Source: Nitrospirota bacterium (lineage in GTDB: Bacteria; Nitrospirota; Thermodesulfovibrionia; Thermodesulfovibrionales; Dissulfurispiraceae). Taken from it: a stretch of 64,000 bases of DNA. Every line of letters starts with the position of its first letter. The stretch's first letter is position 1. A program made the position numbers and the translations under genes. Under the pieces are notes generated by a model. The model was not told the DNA's origin and searched no databases. It worked only from the letters and a program-made list of their open reading frames with translations. The stretch covers positions 708,445-772,444 of the forward strand of contig CAWBMP010000002.1 of the NCBI GenBank assembly GCA_963790025.1. Reading direction: 5' to 3'. Positions 57,319 through 64,000 of the stretch are shown piece after piece.

Positions 57319-58737
57319 CTACTGACTTTCCTCTTTCCGTTTTGCCATGAAGGAAAAAAATTCTTTGCCCTCACGAATCCTGCGTCTGAACTCATCCCGG
57401 TCCTGGAGCATGTCTTTCAATATTCTAAGGATAGGCCGGGGCCTGAGATAAAAGCGCCGGTAAAAGCGTTCGACTGCCTCGAAGATTACCTCACGGGAGA
57501 GACCGGGGTAAGAGATTGCAGCGTTTTGCATCCCCTTGCTGGTAAGCCTGTCCCCTTCAAGTTTGATCCAGCCCTCCTTTATTCCCTGTGAATATATTTC
57601 GGTGCCCGGGTAAGGAGCAACGAGGGATACCTGAATACTGTAAGGGTCTATCCACTTTGCATACCGGAGGGTCTCTTCAATCGTAGCTGCCGTTTCTCCC
57701 GGCAGTCCCAGGATGAAGGCACCATGAACGAGTATCCCCAGTTCCTTAGTAGCCTTTACAAACTCACGGGCCCGGTCGATGCGTATGCCTTTCTTAACAT
57801 TATTAAGAATCTGTTGACTTGACGATTCAAATCCGACTGTGAGCAGGCGAAGCCCGTTGTCCTTCATCACCTTGAGTACGTCTTTCGAAACGTTTGCCCT
57901 TGCATTGCAGGACCAAGTGATATTAAGGGTGCCTATCTTCTTCGCAATTTCTTTCAGGTTCGGGTTGTCTGTAAAAGTGGCGTCGTCCAGAAAGAATTCC
58001 TTCACCTGCGGGAAGGTCTGCTTTGCATAAACAAGTTCCTCATAGACATTCTCGGGACTCCTCACCCTGTAAGTATGGCCGGATATTGTATGCGGCCAGA
58101 GGCAAAAGGAGCATCGGGCGCGACACCCCCTGCCGGCATAAAATGATACGTACGGGTGTTTTAAATACCCATTATAGTAATAATCGATATTAAGATCACG
58201 CGCATAAATTTTGGTCACGAATGGGAGGGCATCCAGATTTTCAATCGGTTTTCTATCAGGATTGCGGCGAATGCTGCCATTCGAACGGTACGCGATGCCA
58301 TCCACTTTTTGGAGGGGCGACCCGTTTGCGATTTCCGGTATCACATAGTCGAACTCTCCGGTGGTGACAAAGTCTATAGCATTTGAACTTTCCAGTGTCT
58401 GCTCCGGCAGAACCACTGTATGCGGCCCGACGAGGCCTACCATCATGCCGGCGTAGTGCTCTTTAAGCAGCCTCGCTATTGCCGCATCATTGGCCACTGT
58501 CGGCGTGCTGGTATTTATAACAATAAGCTCAAACCCCTTAGCCTGGCTGATTACTTCATCGATGCTCATATCAGCCGGCGGTGCATCGATCAGGCGGCTA
58601 TCAGGTATCAGTCCTGCCGGAAACGCCAGCCATGTCGGATACCAGAAGGAACGGATCTCACGCCGCGCCTGATATCTGGCGCCGGCCCCGCCGTCAAATC
58701 CCTGGAAAGATGGAGGATTCAGTAATAATGTACGCAC
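57319..58737 (-). CDS. hpnJ: Hopanoid biosynthesis-associated B12-binding radical SAM protein HpnJ
   Basis: LNPPSF.GFDGGAGARYQARREIRSFWYPTWL N-terminus; RGCRARCSFCLWP. Confidence 0.88.
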   Translation of the reverse strand: MRTLLLNPPSFQGFDGGAGARYQARREIRSFWYPTWLAFPAGLIPDSRLIDAPPADMSIDEVISQAKGFELIVINTSTPTVANDAAIARLLKEHYAGMMVGLVGPHTVVLPEQTLESSNAIDFVTTGEFDYVIPEIANGSPLQKVDGIAYRSNGSIRRNPDRKPIENLDALPFVTKIYARDLNIDYYYNGYLKHPYVSFYAGRGCRARCSFCLWPHTISGHTYRVRSPENVYEELVYAKQTFPQVKEFFLDDATFTDNPNLKEIAKKIGTLNITWSCNARANVSKDVLKVMKDNGLRLLTVGFESSSQQILNNVKKGIRIDRAREFVKATKELGILVHGAFILGLPGETAATIEETLRYAKWIDPYSIQVSLVAPYPGTEIYSQGIKEGWIKLEGDRLTSKGMQNAAISYPGLSREVIFEAVERFYRRFYLRPRPILRILKDMLQDRDEFRRRIREGKEFFSFMAKRKEESQ

Positions 58738-58779
58738 TTTGTTCTCCTAAATCGAAGTTAAAATCAATTTTAACACTTA

Positions 58780-59427
58780 TTATAATCGCCTTACAAATAT
58801 TTCTCTTGCCATTGCCGCATCAATAGCGAATTCGGAGAACCCGATGCGGAATATATATGAAGGGAAGGTTTGTAAAAGACGCATGCGGTTTCCGGGCAGT
58901 ACCCCCATCGCCATGAGCTTCTGCATCTTTTTGGAGTCTTCTGTCTGTATAAAGGCTATTTCTACCTCTTCTTTCGATTTGAATTCAGTCAACGGCGATA
59001 CCCCCAGGTCCCCTTTTTTCCGGGCCTCTATGCAGCAGGCTCCCGGAGGTATCGGTTTCCCATGGGGACAAGTGGAAGGATGGTTAAGCATGGTACATAC
59101 CCTTGTATCCACCCGTTCCTTAATAAGGTGTTCAAAGTGGCACGCCTCTGCGTCTCCCTCCTCCCCCTTGATGCTAAGCACATCCATGATCAACCGTTCT
59201 GCCAGACGGTGGCGCCGTATCGTTTTGCGACCTTCTTCTTTGCCTTCCCGCCGGAAATAAACATGTCCTTCCTTTACCTCTACAAGTGCAAGGCCTGCAA
59301 GCTCCTTATAAGACTGGTCTCCCGCATCGATGCCTATCTTTTCGATTTCAGCAAAATCGGCGCCCTCTTCCTCTATGGCAATCCACATCGCTTCTAATAT
59401 CTCTTCGGCTTTTTCGGAAAGTTTCAT
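58780..59427 (-). CDS. DtxR/MntR-family metal-dependent regulator with a C-terminal FeoA domain
   Basis: EEILE, RRHRLAER, EACHFEH, P.TCPHGKPIP; C-terminal KLMAMGVLPG...A..IFV. Confidence 0.9.
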   Translation of the reverse strand: MKLSEKAEEILEAMWIAIEEEGADFAEIEKIGIDAGDQSYKELAGLALVEVKEGHVYFRREGKEEGRKTIRRHRLAERLIMDVLSIKGEEGDAEACHFEHLIKERVDTRVCTMLNHPSTCPHGKPIPPGACCIEARKKGDLGVSPLTEFKSKEEVEIAFIQTEDSKKMQKLMAMGVLPGNRMRLLQTFPSYIFRIGFSEFAIDAAMAREIFVRRL

Positions 59428-59624
59428 ATTATTTCCTCCTGACGCTCTCTTCTCTTCCTGAAAAATTTTTTAATTCCTTTCACCACGGAAGGCTCAGGAG
59501 CATTTTCATAGTTGCATCTGGGACATTTTACCATTTTGCAGCCTGAAGTCATCGGGCAGTTTTTGCACCCCTGGATCCCCTCTTCCTCTTTAAACTCGTA
59601 TCCGCAAAAGCCGCAGCGCATCAC
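59424..59624 (-). CDS. Small Cys-rich protein in the feo operon (7 Cys)
   Basis: CGFC...CKNCP...C....CPRC; overlaps the feoB stop and the regulator start. Confidence 0.8.
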   Translation of the reverse strand: MMRCGFCGYEFKEEEGIQGCKNCPMTSGCKMVKCPRCNYENAPEPSVVKGIKKFFRKRRERQEEII

Positions 59625-61609
59625 AGTATCCCCGTTATAAGAAGGAATTTATTGAGAAGATACCCTGTCCCGTATGCCATGACGCTCACAAAAACCGCTA
59701 TCAATGTCGCGGTTTTCAGCCCCCTCTCCTTTTTCATAATTATGAACTGGGCCACACATGGAATAAAAATGGTCAATGCCACTGCCGCAACGGTCAGCTG
59801 ACGCGCGTCAAGTATCCCCTTTGCCTGAAGATCGTAAAGCCCTGCTGCTCCGTAATCCCGTCTGAAAAATCCGAAAATGAAAGCTACCGCGGTTTCTCTC
59901 GGGAGGCCGATAGATGCCATCACCGGGCTGATGCCCTCCACCACTTTTTCAAAGAAATGTGTGATCTTTCCAAGCCATAGCAGTATCGAGATCAAAATAA
60001 AGAGCGGCAGTATCTCAAAAAAGTACCACTGCATCCTAGTATATGTTTTGGTCAAAATGTTGGACAACTGCGGCAGTCTCATCGGTGGCAGCTCGATATA
60101 GAACATTGGTGTTTCACCTGGCAGCACCTTTGCCGCGAGATACCCGACCACTAGGAAGATCAGTATCATGCATACGGACCAAACGAGCAGCGCGCCCTTA
60201 GTCTTTGATAAAATGGCGAGGATAACACCCAACTGCGCCGAACAGGGAATCGCAAGGGCCAGGAGTATGGTTGCGAGGACCCGTTCCCTCACTGTTTCAA
60301 GGGTCCTGGTAACCATGGTCGCCATCGTGTCGCAGCCAAATCCGAGCACCATCGGTATTACGGCACGGCCGGTCAGACCGATATGCTTGAACAGCCGGTC
60401 CACGAGTAGTGCCAGCCGGGGGAAATAGCCGCTGTCCTCCAGTATTGAGAAGAAGAGGAAAAATGTAGAAACGATCGGCAGTATAATGCCTATTGCATAG
60501 CGGAGTCCCAATGTGATAATGCCGTATTCTCCTACGAAAAGTTCCTGAATCACCTCCCACGGAATCAGGTATTTAACTACTCCCGTAATCCATGGGTTGA
60601 AAAAACCCTCAAAGACTGTTTTTTCCAGCAGATCCACAACAGTCCCGGCGCCAAAAACCCCGACAAACTTATAGAGCCCGAAATACAGTACTATTAAAAG
60701 GATGGGTACACCTGTCAGCGGCCTGACAGTCCAGCGGGATATCTTCTCGCTCAGTGTAATTTTCATATTGTCCGGCGCGCTGAAAACGTCCTTTATAAGC
60801 CCCTTAACTGTTCTTCGTCTCTCCATAGAGAGGTCCTGATGGAAGGATGTTCTCCGTTCAAATATCTTCTCCTTGACCTTCTCTTCAAGGGCCTGATAGC
60901 CGGCCCCTTCGGCATCCTTTACTATCCCGGCAATTTCATCGTCCCTTTGTAATAGAAGGAGGGCCAGCGCTTTGTGCGAAATCCTGTAATCACCTTTAAA
61001 TAATGCGACGATCTCGGATATGTCATTTTCAAGCCTTTTGTTGTAGTTGAAATGGACCTGCTTTCCGGGAGTGAAATTGACTATGGTCTTCCGTATTTCC
61101 TGAACACCCCTCTTTTTAGCCGTTGCCGCACCTATCACAGGAATGCCGAGTTTTTCCCTGAGAAGCGGGATGTTGATATGTAGCCCCATTCGATCAGCTT
61201 CGTCCATAATGTTGACTACCAGTATTACAGGCAGTCCGGCCTCCATCAGTTGAAGCGTCATGGCCAGCATGCGCTCCAGATTCCTGGCATCGAGGACATG
61301 AATGACAATATCGGGGGTTTCTTTTAGAAGTATCTCTCTGGCCACACGTTCTTCCTCTGTGATCGGCAGGAGAGAATACATCCCCGGCGTATCTATGATC
61401 TCGAACTCCTGTCCTTCGATTGTCGCACTACCCCTTGTAACCTCGACCGAGGTCCCGGGATAGTTGGATACGGTTACGTACGCACCGGTAAGGACATTAA
61501 AAAGAACACTCTTCCCTACATTCGGGTTGCCTACCAAAGCCACCTTCAACTTACATGAAGGCAAACCGGATTGCCCGGTATTACACACCTTCTTCTTAAA
61601 AAAGGCCAT
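59621..61609 (-). CDS. feoB: Ferrous iron transporter B
   Basis: GNPNVGKS, NYPG, DTPG.YSL, LEDSGY.PR, GFGC, IPC, ELP. Confidence 0.95.
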   Translation of the reverse strand: MAFFKKKVCNTGQSGLPSCKLKVALVGNPNVGKSVLFNVLTGAYVTVSNYPGTSVEVTRGSATIEGQEFEIIDTPGMYSLLPITEEERVAREILLKETPDIVIHVLDARNLERMLAMTLQLMEAGLPVILVVNIMDEADRMGLHINIPLLREKLGIPVIGAATAKKRGVQEIRKTIVNFTPGKQVHFNYNKRLENDISEIVALFKGDYRISHKALALLLLQRDDEIAGIVKDAEGAGYQALEEKVKEKIFERRTSFHQDLSMERRRTVKGLIKDVFSAPDNMKITLSEKISRWTVRPLTGVPILLIVLYFGLYKFVGVFGAGTVVDLLEKTVFEGFFNPWITGVVKYLIPWEVIQELFVGEYGIITLGLRYAIGIILPIVSTFFLFFSILEDSGYFPRLALLVDRLFKHIGLTGRAVIPMVLGFGCDTMATMVTRTLETVRERVLATILLALAIPCSAQLGVILAILSKTKGALLVWSVCMILIFLVVGYLAAKVLPGETPMFYIELPPMRLPQLSNILTKTYTRMQWYFFEILPLFILISILLWLGKITHFFEKVVEGISPVMASIGLPRETAVAFIFGFFRRDYGAAGLYDLQAKGILDARQLTVAAVALTIFIPCVAQFIIMKKERGLKTATLIAVFVSVMAYGTGYLLNKFLLITGIL

Positions 61610-61671
61610 TTGTGATTCTACCCCTTTTGGAAATTTTATATATGATGATGTTCATTATCCTGATAAAAAAA

Positions 61672-62103
61672 TTATCTGCATACTTTACAGATACCGTATA
61701 TCTCCAGCTTATGCCTTACCGGGACAAAATCGTTCGCCGCCGCAAGTTTGTCCTGAAGCTTTTCTATCTTATTGTCGTTGACCTCGATGAACCGCCCGCA
61801 TTTCAGGCAGATAAGGTGGTCATGATGCTTTTGACCGAACTTGGGTTCATATCTGGCTTTTTGTTTGCCGATCTTTATTTCTTCGGCCAGGCCGCATTCA
61901 CGCAGCAGAATCAAATTCCGGTGGACCGTTGCGTAACCAATATCGGGATTTTTTATCCTTATTTCGTAAAAAAGTTTTTCTACAGTGATATGTTTCTCGG
62001 CAGACAAGAATGTATCAAGAATTTCTTCCCTTTGCCTGGTATTACGCAAGCCCTTTTCTCTTATGTAGTTTCTAAAAATGTCTTTAGCGTTATTTGGTAT
62101 CAT
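61672..62103 (-). CDS. fur: Ferric uptake regulator family protein
   Basis: GLRNTRQR, IGYATVHR.L, HHDHLICLKCG, YGICKVC. Confidence 0.92.
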   Translation of the reverse strand: MIPNNAKDIFRNYIREKGLRNTRQREEILDTFLSAEKHITVEKLFYEIRIKNPDIGYATVHRNLILLRECGLAEEIKIGKQKARYEPKFGQKHHDHLICLKCGRFIEVNDNKIEKLQDKLAAANDFVPVRHKLEIYGICKVCR

Positions 62104-62115
62104 AATTTTTTTCTT

Positions 62116-62164
62116 GATAATGATATCTGTTATCAACAATAACAGTTAATAATTTATTTGTCAA
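62116..62164 (-). promoter_or_regulatory. fur-feoB promoter with an overlapping Fur box
   Basis: TTGACA-17-TATTGT on the minus strand (62136-62164). GATAATGATATCTGTTATC at 62116-62134 matches the classical Fur box at 15/19. Confidence 0.75.
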
Positions 62165-62540
62165 CTCCCGTGCACCGTCCTGTGTATGATAAAATGATGG
62201 CCGCAAAATCGCTTTTTTAATAAAGCTCAGGAGGACAAACGCAATGAGGTCAAAAAAAGCAGTGCGCGTTAAGACGCACGAGGTCGCACTACCGAGCGAG
62301 CCCTGTCAATCACAGTAAGCCGGCCTCCTTCGCAGCGGGTTACAATCAAGTGAAAACTGTTGGAACCGAGATCAGCTGCTGCGAAAAGCGTCTTGTCCTG
62401 ACCGTCCTCATTTATCTCCACTGATTTCCTCCGTACATGATAACCATTGTAGAATTGTAAACCGTGAACAGCTATTCTAACAGTTATTTTAGCCTATATT
62501 CTTTCATTCCCCTGATTTTTGCCCTATAATCTCAATAGAT

Positions 62541-63677
62541 ATGAAGACCGCCTTCATCTACTCCGAAGACTTCGCGAAGTATGACTACGGGCGGGGGCAT
62601 CCGCTCAAGCCCTTCAGGCTGAAGCTCACGTATGAGCTGATAAAGGCGTATGGCCTCCTCTCTATTCCGGATGTCCGTGTTGTCGGGGCGAAACCGGCAG
62701 AGGAAGAAGACCTGCTCCTTTATCACTCAAGAGATTACATTGACGTCCTGAAGGCCGCAAACAGCGGGGTTGAGATACCGGGGGAACAAAAATATGGGAT
62801 CGGCTTTGGAGATAACCCGGTATTTGAAGGGGTCTTCGAATGGTCGAGGCTCGTAACCGGCGCATCGCTTCAGGCCGCCGAACTCATCAACAGCGGCGAG
62901 GTCCCGATTGCCTTCAACATCTCGGGCGGCCTTCACCACGCCCGCTCTTCCAGGGCCTCCGGGTTCTGCTACATCAACGACCCTGTGATCGTAATCTCCT
63001 CGCTCCTGATGAAAAAGGGAAGAAGGGTAGCCTATATAGATATCGACGCGCATCACGGCGACGGAGTGCAAAATGCTTTCTACCGTACCGATAGGGTCCT
63101 TACCATATCGCTTCACGAATCCGGCAGGTACCTATTCCCCGGCACAGGCTTCGAAAGCGAGATAGGCGAGGGAGAAGGGCGAGGCTATTCCGTGAACATC
63201 CCTATGCCTCCTTCCTCTGACGACGAGCTTTTTGTTTACGCCTTCAACGAGGTTGTTCCTTCGCTCATCAAGAGGTTCAGGCCTGACGTCGTCGTCGGCC
63301 AGCTCGGTGTCGACTCGTTCCTCACAGACCCTCTCACCCAACTGAACTACACGACGAACGGTTTTTGCGAAGTACTGAGGAAGATGAAAGATCTCTCGCC
63401 CAACTGGGTCGCCCTCGGAGGAGGAGGCTACGAGATAACAAATGTGGCAAAGGCGTGGACCCTGGCCTGGGCGATAATGAATAATGCGGAGCTGCCGGAT
63501 GAGCTGCCTGAGGCGTTCCTCGAAAAATATCCCCTTGAGGGGTTCAGTAGCCGGAAGCTGCGGGACAAGGAGTTCCATGAAAAAGGGGCGAAGAAAAAGA
63601 CTATGAGGGACGAGGTCAGAAGGGTAGTTGACAGGATCAGTGAAAAAGTGTTTCCGCTGATCAATGCGCCGGCTTGA
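62541..63677 (+). CDS. acuC: Histone deacetylase family / acetoin utilization protein AcuC
   Basis: HPLKP.R, GGLHHA...ASGFCYIND, DIDAHHGDG, SLHE...LFPGTG, GGGGY. Confidence 0.88.
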   Translation: MKTAFIYSEDFAKYDYGRGHPLKPFRLKLTYELIKAYGLLSIPDVRVVGAKPAEEEDLLLYHSRDYIDVLKAANSGVEIPGEQKYGIGFGDNPVFEGVFEWSRLVTGASLQAAELINSGEVPIAFNISGGLHHARSSRASGFCYINDPVIVISSLLMKKGRRVAYIDIDAHHGDGVQNAFYRTDRVLTISLHESGRYLFPGTGFESEIGEGEGRGYSVNIPMPPSSDDELFVYAFNEVVPSLIKRFRPDVVVGQLGVDSFLTDPLTQLNYTTNGFCEVLRKMKDLSPNWVALGGGGYEITNVAKAWTLAWAIMNNAELPDELPEAFLEKYPLEGFSSRKLRDKEFHEKGAKKKTMRDEVRRVVDRISEKVFPLINAPA

Positions 63678-64000
63678 GTGATCCTTTTAAGATTTTGACT
63701 CAATAAATAAGTGGATGGACTAACATCTCCCACACTCGGCTAATCTTTATTGCCATTCTGTGGGAAACAAGACGGCAAAGTCTAGAGTATATATTGACTG
63801 AATTCAGATGGTGTTGCATCTTGTAATGAAAAGTTGTTGTCATAACCTTCACCTCATACCAAAAGTAGCATATTGGATGCCAGATTAATAAAAATTCAAA
63901 CTGTATGATTTTACTGATAATAAAATATTCAGTTGTGTTATTAGGCATTACGATTTAGGGAATATCACCTCATTTAGGTAAATTTTACCAAATGAAAAAA

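Noticed and set aside
63700..64000. AT-rich end with an 82-aa minus-strand ORF
   Set aside because: No motifs or SD, and context is cut off by the window edge.

Overview
Chromosomal window from a Gram-negative, probably anaerobic bacterium. The 16S sequence and gene content suggest Nitrospirota/Thermodesulfovibrionia; this is an inference, not a database result. It contains a minus-strand rRNA operon (16S, tRNA-Ile, tRNA-Ala, 23S; 5S not in the window) and many core genes (rlmN, csp, ahcY, metK, asd, leuBD, miaA, dnaE, accA, ftsY, mreBCD-mrdA-rodA-ribH-nusB). It also has a fur-feoB-Cys-peptide-DtxR/FeoA iron operon, hpnJ and an HDAC/AcuC gene. Accessory stretches include a GC-richer USP-pfkA-glgP-H+-ATPase block, a flavin/heme/YbgA-type cluster and several wrecked toxin-antitoxin modules. 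The most unusual signal is a dispersed family of roughly 70-130 bp hairpin elements. Their arms are inverted arrays of short tandem repeats with periods of 6, 7, 8 and perhaps 9 nt, with a purine-rich 5' arm and pyrimidine-rich 3' arm. They sit between core genes, in both rRNA spacers, inside the 23S rRNA gene and, as degenerate in-frame relics, possibly inside dnaE and miaA. No transposase, integrase or CRISPR array was seen.
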